A stretch of 64,000 nt of DNA from an uncultured Planctomycetaceae bacterium (GTDB lineage Bacteria; Planctomycetota; Planctomycetia; Planctomycetales; Planctomycetaceae), in assembly GCA_963815195.1 (NCBI GenBank), contig CAWFGE010000020.1, positions 256,001 to 320,000 on the forward strand. The letters are read 5' to 3'. A program made the translations under genes and the position numbers. The notes beneath the pieces are model-generated. The model was not told where the DNA came from and ran no database searches. It saw only the letters and a program-made list of their open reading frames with translations. Shown one piece after another: positions 46,667-57,814 of the stretch. Numbering within the stretch: the first letter of the stretch is position 1; the number at the start of each line of letters is the position of its first letter.

Positions 46667-46842
46667 GGCTCGCTTTCCTCCCCGAAAAAGGCCTGTGTTA
46701 CGATACCTGCTGAAATGCGTTTTGTCGGCGGAATGGAGAATCGTATCGACATGGTTTCTAAGTGTTTTCAAATGAAAGGCAGCACAACCCCGGCAAGGCG
46801 CCGGCGGTTGTGCTGCTTGAATGGCCAAAAGTGAAGCGAAAA

Positions 46843-47354
46843 CTACGCCTGGGCGGCCTTGGCGTTGACCGATTGCTCCGCGATTTCCGTCAGCTTATGG
46901 TCGGCTCCGCCTTCCTCGTTGAGGGTTTCCTGGAGCAACTCGGCCGCTTCGGTCAATCCCAGGCGCTGCGAAAGTTGCGGGCTGCCCCGTAGCCGGCCAT
47001 TTCATAGTGTTCCACGCGCTGGGCCGCGGCAATGATCGCCGCGTCTTTGACGTCCGCGTCGCCTTTGGCTTTGATCACTTCTTCCCCTTCGGAGATCAGG
47101 CCTTTCATCGCTTCGCAGGTCTTCGATTTCGCATCTTTGTTGATGAGCGAAAACACGCGTTCGAGCCGATCGATGTGGTTCTCGGTTTCCTGGAGATGGT
47201 GCTGGAAGGCCTGCTTCAGTTTGGAGCATTCGGCGGCCTCGGCCATCTTGGGAAGGGCTTTGGTCAGCCTTTGCTCCGCATCGTAGAGGTCCTGCAGCTC
47301 ATCGTAGAACAAGTCTTCGAGGTTGCGGAATTCGGTGCTGGTAAAAAGTGCCAT
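46843..47354 (-). CDS. DUF892 (YciE/YciF) ferritin-like stress protein; frameshift near 46970
   Basis: LQDLYDAE, KALPKM, CEAMKGLI and AAQRVEHYEMAGYG. The tail LQETLNEEGGADHKLT is in the next frame. Confidence 0.92.
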
Positions 47355-47598
47355 GGTCTTTACTCCTTAAAAACAAAATCACAAACCATCGGACAGATTC
47401 GGGGAACAAGGCGGCGTCGCCCGGTTTCCCATTTACGAATTTCGCTTCTTTAGTTTGGGGTCCTCTGCTCCCCACAGGTTCATTTTATGACCTGAGGAAA
47501 CCGGCGGTATCGGCGCACGGGGCGAAATCGGCGTGGGAATTTTGCCGGTGCTTCGTGAGAGTCCTTTCCGGCGCGCGTTCGGCAAAACCGGCCGGCGA

Positions 47599-48486
47599 TC
47601 AACCGGCCCGTGTGCTGCCGCCGAGCAGCGTCGTCACTTCGCCCGTGACGTAACGCGAATCGGCGTCCGACGCGAAATACACGTAAAGCGGGGCAATTTC
47701 TTCCGGCTGCGCGGGGCGGCCGTAAGGCGTTTTCCCGCCGAAGTTCTCGATCTCTTCGTCCGAACGCTCCGCGGGGTTCAAAGGCGTCCACACCGGTCCC
47801 GGGGCCACGCAGTTCACGCGAATGCCGCGGTCGGCCAGATTCTGGGCGAGCGATTTGGTGAAGGCGTGAATCGCCCCCTTCGTCGCCGAGTAATCCAGCA
47901 GTTTCGCGCTACCTTCCAAGCCCGTGATCGAGCCGGTGTTGATGATGCAACTCCCCTCGTTCATGTGAGGCAGGGCGGCTTTGATCATGCGGAAGTAGCC
48001 GTAGATGTTGGTCTTGAACGTGTGGTCCCACTGCGCTTCGCTCAGATCCTCGATGCCGTCCTGGTGCTTCTGATAGGCGGCATTGTTGACCAGGATGTCC
48101 AACTGGCCGAACTCGTCGAGCGCGGCTTGGACGGCCGAGCGGCTGAAGTCGGGATCACAAAGATCGCCTTGGATCAGTTGGACTCGGTTGCCGTCGGATT
48201 CGGGCTCGGCGAGTTCGTTGATCGCCTCGAGCGTCTGCTCGGCGTCGGATTGCTCTTCTTCGAGATGGGTGATCGCGACTTTGGCTCCCTCGCGGGCGAA
48301 GAGCACGGCCACGGCGCGGCCGATGCCCGAATCCCCGCCGGTGATCAAGGCAACTTTGCCCCCGAGCTTCCCGGCCGCCCGATAGTCCGCGGCCCGGTAT
48401 TGCAGCTGTGGATGCATCTTGGACTCTTGGCCCGGCTGCTCGAGACCTTGTGGAGGAAAGGGAGGCGTGGGTTTTTTCGTAGACAT
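47599..48486 (-). CDS. SDR oxidoreductase (general stress protein YdaD/YghA-like)
   Basis: TGGDSGIG, NNAA, YSATK and VAPGPVWTP. Confidence 0.93.
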   Translation of the reverse strand: MSTKKPTPPFPPQGLEQPGQESKMHPQLQYRAADYRAAGKLGGKVALITGGDSGIGRAVAVLFAREGAKVAITHLEEEQSDAEQTLEAINELAEPESDGNRVQLIQGDLCDPDFSRSAVQAALDEFGQLDILVNNAAYQKHQDGIEDLSEAQWDHTFKTNIYGYFRMIKAALPHMNEGSCIINTGSITGLEGSAKLLDYSATKGAIHAFTKSLAQNLADRGIRVNCVAPGPVWTPLNPAERSDEEIENFGGKTPYGRPAQPEEIAPLYVYFASDADSRYVTGEVTTLLGGSTRAG

Positions 48487-48553
48487 GGCTGAGGGTCTCT
48501 CCTTGTGTGAAACGTTGGCAGGCGGTTATCGGCTGCACGGGCCACAAAAGTGG

Positions 48554-48568
48554 GCATGCCCCGTGCCG
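48554..48568 (-). promoter_or_regulatory. Possible sigma-54 promoter of the SDR/DUF892/DUF421 stress genes
   Basis: Minus strand CGGCACGGGGCATGC has GG-N10-GC spacing about 70 bp upstream of the ATG. Confidence 0.4.
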
Positions 48569-49329
48569 AAGTTCGCGAAGCCGGCCAGCCGCTGCCAATT
48601 TCAGAAGAATCCCCGCCCGCTGCTCCCAAATCATCGGAGGATGAACCAAACGGAGGACCGTGCGAGCGGTCAATTGGTTTGGAATCAACACCGGATCATA
48701 AGAAATCTTCAGGCACACACCCTCTGCGTTCCCCGGCATTGGATCGTCTCGGCGATAAAACGGTGAACTGTCATCGTGCGGCTTGCCCTCTCATCGTTCT
48801 GGATAAGCGCCAGCAATTCCGCCCGGGTGTATTCCCCCGCCGAGAGTTCGTTAAACCCCCGTTGCTTTTTTGCTTTCGTTCCAATGCGGATTCGGGAAAA
48901 AGCCGGATACAGAAAATCTCAGAAACGCATAAAAGTAAACAAAAACTCCCAGGCAACGATATTTCCCCTTGGAAACAATTAAGGAAGGGACCCGAATGCA
49001 AAAACTTTTTCCAATCGATGGAAATCTTCCCGACGTATCTTGCACAAGCTTCCTAAACTGTGTACCCTAACTCCATTATCACCCGCAACCTGTTTTGATG
49101 GCAGGTTTGAAACCCTTTTTTTGTGGTTTCTGGCAATGCTGCTCGGTTGGTTGCTCACCGCTTGAGCAATCTTTATTTCCGCGAAGACCCCACCTCCGTG
49201 TTGATGGTGAAGGTCTCTATGTGCCCATAACAGGCATACCCGATTCTGCCCCACGGCCATCTTTGCGCTCTCCGTGCGCAAACCTGACCCTTTTGTCTCT
49301 CAATTCACTCACTTAGGACGAGGTTGACC

Positions 49330-52300
49330 ATGATTCGTCGCAAGAGCAATGTCCTCACCGCCGGGCTTCGAGAAGGGCGGTTTGCTAATATGAGCCGTCG
49401 TCTGTTTCGATCGGGCCTGTCTCGCCGATCCAAAAGCCGATGGGGAATTTCGGCGGAAATTGATCGTTTGGAGGAAAGAACCCTGCTGACCGCCAATCCC
49501 CTTGCGGGCCAGTTTATGGTGAGGGAGACCAATGCGTTCGAAGGCTCGAACCCGTCGGTCGCGGTGCAGGAATCGACGGGCGATTTTGTCGTGGCCTGGG
49601 CCAGCTTTGAACAACCCGGAGGCGATACAAGCGGACTGGGGATTTATGTCCAACTCTTCAATGCGGACGGAACCGCCAAGACGGATCCGCTTCTCGTCAA
49701 TTCATTCACTCAAGGGGATCAGGATTCTCCGACTGTCGCCATCGATGCGAACGGGAATTTCGTCGTCGCCTGGGAAAGCCTGGGGCAGGACGGCAGCGGG
49801 TATGGAGTTTATGCGGAACAATTCACCGTGGAGACCGTGGCCGATGTGACGACCGCTACGGGAGGCGGGGAATTTCGGGTCAATACCGAGACCACGGACG
49901 ACCAGGAAGCGCCCGCCATCGGCATGGACCTGGCGGGGAATTTTGTCATCGCCTGGCAAAGCTTCGGGCAGGACGGCGACGGGTACGGCATTTATGCTCA
50001 ACAATACATGGCCGACGGCAGCGCAATCGGCGGTGAATTTCAAGTCAACACTGTGAACACAGACGGCGATCAGACAAACCCCACCGTGGCCGTTGCCAAA
50101 TCGACCATGAATGCGAATTTTGTCATCGCCTGGCAAGGCCAAGCGGCCGCGGCGCCCGGCGAAGTGGAAACGAGCGTGGAGATTTACGCCCACCTTTATG
50201 GTGACAACAATTCGACGCGGACCGATATCCGGGATGAATTCCTGGTCAATACCATCACGGACAAGGACCAGATCAATCCCGCGGTCTGCGATGGATGCGA
50301 ATGGAGACGTTGTGATCGCCTGGGAAACGGGCGGACAAACGGGCAGCGGTTCGGATATCAAAGCCCAACAGTTTAACGCGGCAGGAACGGCCGATCCCGC
50401 CGGGGAATTTCTCGTCAATGAGACGCCGGCCGAGGGACAACGCAATCCCGCCGTGGGCATGGATGATTCGGGGAATTTTCTGGTGACCTGGCAGAGCTCG
50501 CATCAGGACGGGTTTAGCTGGGGAATCTACGGCCGCGAATATGCCGCCAATGGGAATACCATCGAACACGAATTCCTCGTCAATACGCGGGTGCAAGGAC
50601 CGCAGACGAACCCCGCCGTGGGCGTCAACAGCCAAGGCAACGCCGTGGTGGTCTGGCTCGGATTGGATGCTAACCACACGCCGGCCGTTCAAGCGCAGCG
50701 GTATCAGTTGCCGATGGTGAATCCCAACTTCACCGTGGGCGGGGAAATCGTGCTCGCCAATTACGTCGCGCTGGAAGAAGCCCCGCCCTCGGCGGCCATG
50801 AATGCGAGGCGGGAATTTGTTGTCGTGTGGGAGAGCTACGAAGACACCGGCGATTACAGCGGACTGGGGATCTTCGGGCGGCGCTTCGATCGCGAGGGCA
50901 ATCCGCTGGGCGATGCGTTTCTCGTCAACACCACCACGCTCAACAACCAGAGCCATCCCGACGTGGCCAGCGACACCCAGGGAAACTTCGTCGTGGTCTG
51001 GGAAGCGGACGACCAGGATGGCAGCGGCCACGGGATTTTCGCCCAGCTCTACGATTCCGCCGGCAACAAGATCGGCGGGGAGTTTCAGGTCAACACAACG
51101 ACCGCGGGCGATCAGGGATTTCCGTCGGTGGCGATGCAAGCCAACGGGGATTTTGTCGTGGCCTGGCAGGGACCGGACGCCGACGGCAACGGGATCTTTG
51201 CCCGGCGGTTTCAGGCCGACGGCACGCCCGTCGACTCGCTCGAATTTCCCGTGAACTCCCAGACGGCCCTCGATCAGTTCTCGCCGGACGTGGCGATCAA
51301 TGAGAAGGGCCAGTTTGTGATCGCCTGGGTCAGCGACCATTTGGCGGTCACAAACCCGGAACTGATGGATAGCGAGAAAAGCATCTTCGTGCAGTGGTTC
51401 GACTCGGACGGCAGTTCCACGGGCGAGGAAGTTTTGGTGCACAGCCTCAACCCGGCCTACGATGCCCAAGAAGCTCCCGCGGTGGCCATCAACGAAAACG
51501 GCGACTTCACGGTGGTCTTCCAAAGCATCAACCAGGATGGCAATTCCTGGGGCGTGTTCGCGCGGCAGTTCCTCGCGGATAAAACCCCCGTGCAGCCGAT
51601 GGAGTTTCAGGTGAATGAAACCACCCAAGGCCCGCAGCGCTTTCCGGCAATTGTGATGGATCAGGTGGGGAATTTCGTCATCAGTTGGCAAAGCAACCAT
51701 CAGGATGAGAGCAGTTGGGCCATTTTCAATCGTGCGTATTCTCGCGCTGGCGTGCCTCTCACGGGAGAGATGCAAGTCAATACCTACGGAAAAGGACCGC
51801 AGGTTCTCCCCGCGATGGCGGGCACGCCGGAAGGAGGCTATGGAATCTTCTGGCTCGGCCAAGGCACGGACCAGACCGAAGGCGTCCAAGGTCGGCTTTA
51901 CGTCACGCCGCGAATCTGGGCGGCGTCGGTCCACGGCCAGGGACAACCGCCAACGGTCGCTGTCTATGAAGGGCAATCCGATCAAGAGAAATTCACCATC
52001 GATGCCTATCCCAATTATTTGGGGAGCGTTCGCATCGCGTTGGGCGACGTGAATGCCGACGGCACGCCGGACATTATCACCGCCCCGGGACCGGGCGGCG
52101 GCCCTCACATTCATGTCTTCGATGGAGTCACAGGCGAGCAATTGCCCGGCCTCGTCGGCAGTTTTATGGCCTATGACCTTCAGTGGAGAGGCGGCGTGTA
52201 CGTGGCGTCCGCCGATCTTGATGGCGACGGGTTCGATGACATCATCACCGGTGCCGACGCCGGCGGCGGCCCCGACGTCCGCGTCTTCAGCGGCCAGGAC

Positions 52301-53446
52301 GGGCACTTGATGTACGACCTATACGCCTACGATCCGAATTGGAGCGGCGGAGTCCGCGTGGCGGCGGGCGATGTGAACGACGATGGAACGCCCGAAATTA
52401 TCACGGCACCGGGTCCCGGCGGCGGGCCGAACGTCCGGGTTTTTGACGGCAAAAATCCCATCGCCAACGGGGCCGCGAATATGCTGCCCGGAGCCATCGG
52501 CAACTATTACGCTTACGATTCGGCGTGGACCGGAGGCGTGAATATCTCCGCCGGCGAATTCGATGGGCTCCCAGGCGTCGATGTGGTGACCTCGGCCGGA
52601 GCCACCGGCGGCCCGCACGTTCGCGTCGCGGAGGCCGAGAGTTTCAACGGTTTCAATTATGTCGTCGATTTCATGGCCTATGACTCAGACTACCGGGGCG
52701 GGGTGAGCGTCGCGACAACCGACTACAATGGCGACGGAACCCCCGACATTCTCACCGGACAACTTGAGGGGCCGGACGCGGAAGTGCGCATCTTCGATGG
52801 AACGACCCTGCCGGGCGGCACCTACTCGGATATCTTCCCGCCGCTCGTCAGCTTCACCCCCTCCTTCCCCGGCGGGGCGTTTGTGACCGGCAACTTGGGC
52901 GAGGGCATCGGCCTGGGCTCTCCGCTGCGGGCCGCGGATGCTCCCGCACCGTCCGGCGCCGACTCCGCTCCGCTCACGCAGGAGCAACTCGCAGAAACGG
53001 TTCAGGCGGCGATCGGTCAATGGCAGTCCCTGCCACTGAGTGCCCAACAACAAGCGGATTTGGCGAACGTTCAATTCTCCGTCCGCGATCTGCCCGGCGA
53101 TTTGTTGGGTTTGACCCGGCTTGGGCAGATCGTTCTCGACGTGAATGCCGCCGGTTTCGGCTGGTTTGTCGATCCCACACCCGAAATGAACACCGAGTTT
53201 GGGTTGATGATTGGAACAAGTTATCAATCCACGGATCCGATCATCTCGTCGGAGATGGATGTGCTCACGGTCGTCAACCACGAACTGGCGCACTTGCTCG
53301 GAGCGGAAGACCTCCAAGACGGAGCCGATTCCACGGGTCTGATGGCGCCGACCCTGACGGCGGGAACCCGGAAAATCGTGGACCGAAGCGTGCTCGATCA
53401 ACTTTTTTCCAGTTCCGACGTGGCTGAAGCTTTGTTAGCGAATTAG
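49330..53446 (+). CDS. Large surface protein: LEPR-XLL-type N-motif, 14 'EFxVN' repeats, FG-GAP repeats, C-terminal HExxH domain; frameshift near 50287
   Basis: DRLEERTLLT, repeated EF(Q/L)VN..DQ..P.VA....G.FVV.W, DVNxDGxxD motifs and HELAHLLG. Confidence 0.88.
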
Positions 53447-53494
53447 CACGGTCCTCATCGAGAAACGCGCCCTGCCAAAAATCCGAACAGTGCC

Positions 53495-53536
53495 CGCACC
53501 GCCGCGCATCCTATGCGCGCCCGGTGCGTTTTTTTT
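53495..53536 (+). terminator. Intrinsic terminator
   Basis: GC-rich stem cgcaccg..cgcgcat/atgcgcg..cggtgcg followed by T8. Confidence 0.8.
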
Positions 53537-53760
53537 GCGCAGGCGAAAAAACCCGTCGCCCCCTTTCCCTTGGGACGAGATTCGGACACTCGACACTTGA
53601 ATCGGGGTTCTCGAACGATTAGCCTTTATTGATCTATCCAGCGACGGTTCCGGTTTTTTTGAAGTTTTTTGTCGGGAATTGTCTGATATCGCCTGGGAAA
53701 ATCGATCTTTCCGTTAATGTTCGTGGCAGAATGACCTATTTCACGGCGTCCTCAGCTTGA

Positions 53761-56283
53761 ATGCGGATCAGCAATATGGCCCACTCCGACAAATCGTCCG
53801 CTCGTGCAAATTCCAACAGATTTGCCGATCTGCTGAATTCCGGTACCGAGCCTGTTTCGCAGGCGCTGACGATGGTTTTCACCGATCTGGAGGGGTCCAC
53901 GTCGCTGAAGGAAGAGATGGGCGACGACCTCGCGTCGAGCTTGATCCGCCGGCATTGCGATTTGGTCAAGCGGATTTGTGAAACCGAGAAGGGCGAGATC
54001 GTCAACAACCCGGGCGACGGGTTCTTTTTGACGTTCGAGAAGCCGAGCCAGGCGGTGCGGTTTGCCCTCAGGATCCAATTCGCCCATTCTGAAGATACGG
54101 ATCTTCCCGGCGTGCGGATCGGGATTCATCACGGCGAGGTCAACGTGGCGGGCGGCCTCGGCGGGTATTTGGGAATCGAAGTCGACACCGCCGCCCGCAT
54201 CGAGCAGATCGCGCGGCCCGGCCAGATCCTGGTTTCGTCGTCGGCGTTCAAAAGCGCCAAGGCGCGCGTGCGGGACATCGAAAACGGAAAGCCCGTGCAT
54301 TGGAAATGGTACGGCGAATACCAGCTCAGGGGCGTGGAAGAGCCCATCGCTTTGGGCGAGGTGGGAATCGAAGGCATGTCTCCGTTTGCGCCGCCCCATT
54401 CGCACCCGTCCGTGACGGAAATCCCCATGGGCGGAGTCGATCGATTCATGCCCCACCGCGACCAGAATCCGCTGATTGCACAACGGTCGCAAATGGAGAA
54501 CGGCCGGCGGTCCAACTGGGTCTCGCTTGTGGGAAGCATGATTCTGCTGTTGGGGGCGGGCCTGGCTGCCGGATATTTCGCCGCACTCCATCAGGCCGAC
54601 GGCGATTATGGGCCCAAGATCGAATCGCTCTCGGAGCAGTTGAAGCAGACCAGCGATCAAAAGAAGCAATCCGACCTAAAGCTCGCCAAGCTCCAACAGA
54701 CGCTCGAGCCGCCCGAATTGAAAAGCTACCTCGCGCGAGTGATCCGCGAGCGGAAAGGTGCGTGGGCCGGCAAGTTCGAGCAGCTTTATGCCACCGGGAC
54801 GCTATTTATGCTCACGCCCAAAGCCACGCACAGCAAGCTGATGGGCGTTTACGGCCGGCTCCTGCGCTGGCGGCTCGACATCGACAAGCTCGACCAAAAG
54901 GACAAAGTCCTTTTATTACTCACCGGCTATTCCAACGAAGCGGAATCGCTGGGCCAGAACGAAAGCGTCGGCGAGTACATCAACTCGCGGATCGAACACC
55001 TCCTGTTCGATAAAGATCTCCTCACTTGCGATCTGGATTTGGACACGGCCCACGTCACGCAAAAGGGCATCCTCGTTCTCGGCGAGCCGGCCGCGGGCAA
55101 AAGCACGCTGCTGAAATACCTCGAACTCGAATCCGCCCGCTGGGCCCTGGGCGACGCCTCGGCCCTCGTTCCCGTCCGCGTCGAACTGGGCGAGTTGGAA
55201 AAAGGCAACCACGAGGAGTTGCTCAAGCGGATCGAAAACATCGCCCAAGCACCCGGGAGCGGCGAATCGGGAAAACTCGTGCTGCCGGCGTCGCACAAGT
55301 ATCTGCTCCTCATCGATGCCCTGGACGAGTCGCCCGATCCGCGGACGGCGGCGGCCGCCTGCATCAAACTCTCCCAGGACAAGCGCGTGGGGCGGATTAT
55401 CGTCACCTCGCGGATCATCAATTACGATGTGCTCTTGCAAGGCGGCGAATTCGACCTGACGGAACACGGATTTCGCACCTGCCTCTATTATGGGCAGTCG
55501 CTGGCGGCGGTCGAAAAGCGGATCCTCACCTCCCGGCAGTCGGCACAACGGCAGAACCTGCTCGGTCTGCTCGCCGATTCCGAGAAACGCCCCGTGTGGA
55601 TGCAGTTCTTCCGCATGCCCGCGAACTTCGATTTTGCCAGCGACTTTCTGCTCGACGACGACCTGACGAAACTCGAATCGCCGAACCGCTTCAGCGTGCT
55701 GGAAAGCTACCTGGGGAACCTGATGAGAAAACGCGACTGGCCGGGCGCCCGGCCGGCGCAGCAGGAACTGGACGACATGCTCGCGCGGGTCGCGGCCGAT
55801 GTCATTCAAACCCCCGCGCGGTCGTCGTTTGCCGATTTGCAAGTCCGCGAGGCAATGGAACGGGGCCAGAAGCACGCCATCAGCGACGAGGACTGGAAGC
55901 AAATCGAAAACCGCCTGAACTTCGCCACGAAAGTCGGCATCATCGAGAAGATCAAAGGCGGCTTCAAGTTTCGGCACGTGCAGTTTCTCGAATACTACGC
56001 CGCCCGTTCGGATTTGGACTGGGAGAAAGTCGATCCCGCCGACGTGAGCTGGCGGGAGGTGGTCCTATTCAAGTCGGCCATCGGCGACCCGGCCGCACGG
56101 GCGCTCGTGAAGCGAATCGTCGCCCTCGCCAAGCGGCCGGCTTCCCAAAGCCCCAACCGCCCGTCGCACGATTACGTCGTTCAGCTCGCCATTCAGTGCA
56201 TCGACAGCGGCCCGCTCCGCGACGATTCCGAATTCCTCCAGGACCGCAACGATCTGGCGAAGCTCACGCTTGCGCAAAACTAA
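53761..56283 (+). CDS. Class III nucleotidyl cyclase - TM helix - NACHT NTPase fusion
   Basis: VFTDLEGST, GDGFF, RIGIHHGEV, AARI; a hydrophobic helix; then GEPAAGKST, LLIDALDE, IVTSR and FRHVQFLEYYAA. Confidence 0.88.
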   Translation: MRISNMAHSDKSSARANSNRFADLLNSGTEPVSQALTMVFTDLEGSTSLKEEMGDDLASSLIRRHCDLVKRICETEKGEIVNNPGDGFFLTFEKPSQAVRFALRIQFAHSEDTDLPGVRIGIHHGEVNVAGGLGGYLGIEVDTAARIEQIARPGQILVSSSAFKSAKARVRDIENGKPVHWKWYGEYQLRGVEEPIALGEVGIEGMSPFAPPHSHPSVTEIPMGGVDRFMPHRDQNPLIAQRSQMENGRRSNWVSLVGSMILLLGAGLAAGYFAALHQADGDYGPKIESLSEQLKQTSDQKKQSDLKLAKLQQTLEPPELKSYLARVIRERKGAWAGKFEQLYATGTLFMLTPKATHSKLMGVYGRLLRWRLDIDKLDQKDKVLLLLTGYSNEAESLGQNESVGEYINSRIEHLLFDKDLLTCDLDLDTAHVTQKGILVLGEPAAGKSTLLKYLELESARWALGDASALVPVRVELGELEKGNHEELLKRIENIAQAPGSGESGKLVLPASHKYLLLIDALDESPDPRTAAAACIKLSQDKRVGRIIVTSRIINYDVLLQGGEFDLTEHGFRTCLYYGQSLAAVEKRILTSRQSAQRQNLLGLLADSEKRPVWMQFFRMPANFDFASDFLLDDDLTKLESPNRFSVLESYLGNLMRKRDWPGARPAQQELDDMLARVAADVIQTPARSSFADLQVREAMERGQKHAISDEDWKQIENRLNFATKVGIIEKIKGGFKFRHVQFLEYYAARSDLDWEKVDPADVSWREVVLFKSAIGDPAARALVKRIVALAKRPASQSPNRPSHDYVVQLAIQCIDSGPLRDDSEFLQDRNDLAKLTLAQN

Positions 56284-56476
56284 ACCCCGGCATCCGCAAG
56301 TTTGTCGTGAGGTTCCGTGCGAGTTTCCAGGGCCGGCGCCGCCATTGAAAAGACGCGAGCGCGCTATCGCAATCAACGGCCGAAGACGTCGGGTCGCTGG
56401 TTATCTTCTTGGCCGTTTTGCGGTACAATTCCGAGCCATGACCTTCGACCAACACAAAGCCGGTGAGCCCTCTGCC

Positions 56477-57448
56477 ATGACGTTTGCCATCGAGTTTGAC
56501 TTCAACGAAATGCGGGAGCAGACGGTTTCCTTGGGAGACGTGCCCAGCCAGGCCCCGGCGGGATTTTATTATTGGATCGATCTGGAAAGCGAGCCGAAGT
56601 CCGCCGTGGTCGGAGTCCTCGAGCGGATGGGGCTCGATGCTTTTACGATCGATGCGGTTTACGACGATGACGGCCCGCCGCGGTTCAACGTGTTTCAATC
56701 TTGCCTGCAATTCACGTTGCGGGAAGCCCGGCTGGTGAGGGGGGAGTTTGTCACGATCCCGGTGCAGATCATTCTGGGGCCGCACTTCATGCTCACTCTG
56801 CACCAGGGGGCTGTCGAGTTCCTGTCGGACATGAAGCGGACCTACCGCGAGGACTTTCGCGCGCACAGCCGGTCCCACGGGTTTTTGCTGTTCGAACTCG
56901 CCGACCATTTGACGCACATCTACCGATTGACGCTGACGATGATCAGCGACATGATCGAAGGCATCGAGACGCAGCTCCTGGGCGAAGCCGAGGACGAGAT
57001 TTTCCGCGATGTGTCGGATTTGATCCGCTGGCTGCTCGATTTTCGGAAAGTCATCGTCTCGTCGCGCGAGACGGTGCACGAGCTGGCGACGCGGAAGTCG
57101 CCTTTCATCAGCGAGACCACGCAGCCGTTTCTGGAAAAGAAAGGCGTGCTGCTCGAACGCCTGAGCGCCGACGTGACCACCGAGCGGGAAGTGCTCTCGG
57201 AAAGCCTGAACCTCTACATGGGCATCGTGAGCTACCGTACGAATCAGGTGGTGACGAAGCTTACCATGGTAAGCATGATCTTTCTGCCGTTGAGCTTTCT
57301 CGTCGGGTTGTACGGGATGAATTTCGGCGCGGCGGAGACCACCATGCCGGAGCTCAGTTGGAGGTACGGCTATGTATTTTTCTGGTGCATCGTCACGCTC
57401 ATCGTGGGGTTGCTTTTATACTGGATGAAACGCAACAAGTGGCTGTGA
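56477..57448 (+). CDS. corA: CorA family Mg2+/Co2+ transporter
   Basis: FLPLSFLVGLYGMNF (GMN motif) and MPEL.W.YGY. Confidence 0.93.
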   Translation: MTFAIEFDFNEMREQTVSLGDVPSQAPAGFYYWIDLESEPKSAVVGVLERMGLDAFTIDAVYDDDGPPRFNVFQSCLQFTLREARLVRGEFVTIPVQIILGPHFMLTLHQGAVEFLSDMKRTYREDFRAHSRSHGFLLFELADHLTHIYRLTLTMISDMIEGIETQLLGEAEDEIFRDVSDLIRWLLDFRKVIVSSRETVHELATRKSPFISETTQPFLEKKGVLLERLSADVTTEREVLSESLNLYMGIVSYRTNQVVTKLTMVSMIFLPLSFLVGLYGMNFGAAETTMPELSWRYGYVFFWCIVTLIVGLLLYWMKRNKWL

Positions 57449-57480
57449 GTCGCGACGACCACGCGCGCCGTTCTCAGAGG

Positions 57481-57620
57481 GAACCGGGGCTAGCGCCCTG
57501 CGGCTAATGAAAAATTAGCCGGAACGCGCTGCGCGTCCGGTTTCGAGAGCGCACGCGAAAATCATGCGAACCGGGGCTAGCGCCCTGCGGCTAATGAAGT
57601 ATCAGCCGGAACGTGCGCTT
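57481..57620. repeat. Cluster of family B REP palindromes in alternating orientation
   Basis: gaaccggggctagcgccctgcggctaatga is identical at 57481 and 57568, alternating with (tt/tc)agccggaacg units. Confidence 0.85.
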
Positions 57621-57638
57621 TGTGATGCCAACCCCCAC

Positions 57639-57799
57639 GCACGAAATCCGAAATCCAGTCGTTCCCAGATACGAACAAAGGGCCGAAGGCCCGGCTCTAT
57701 GTAAGCCCAGGGCGAAGCCCTGGGAACCGGGAACGAAAAATGCAAAAGCCCCACCCGGGCGGCCCTAAACCGGACATTGGAATTTGTGTCGGATTTCGA
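57639..57799. repeat. Heptamer palindrome (as at 1071-1241) with a family F element nested inside (57679-57774)
   Basis: 57639-57656 is identical to 1084-1101, and 57775-57799 resembles 1195-1219. Confidence 0.75.
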
Positions 57800-57814
57800 A
57801 TCTTCCCCCGGCGA

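Noticed and set aside
48600..49320. Small ORFs or a riboswitch in the long intergenic region
   Set aside because: I found no convincing start/RBS, protein motif or recognisable RNA motif. It is probably divergent promoter DNA; an Rfam scan would settle it.
57481..57597. Two identical 30-bp repeats as a mini-CRISPR
   Set aside because: The intervening sequence is itself a family B palindrome, and the same repeat is dispersed elsewhere (59382).
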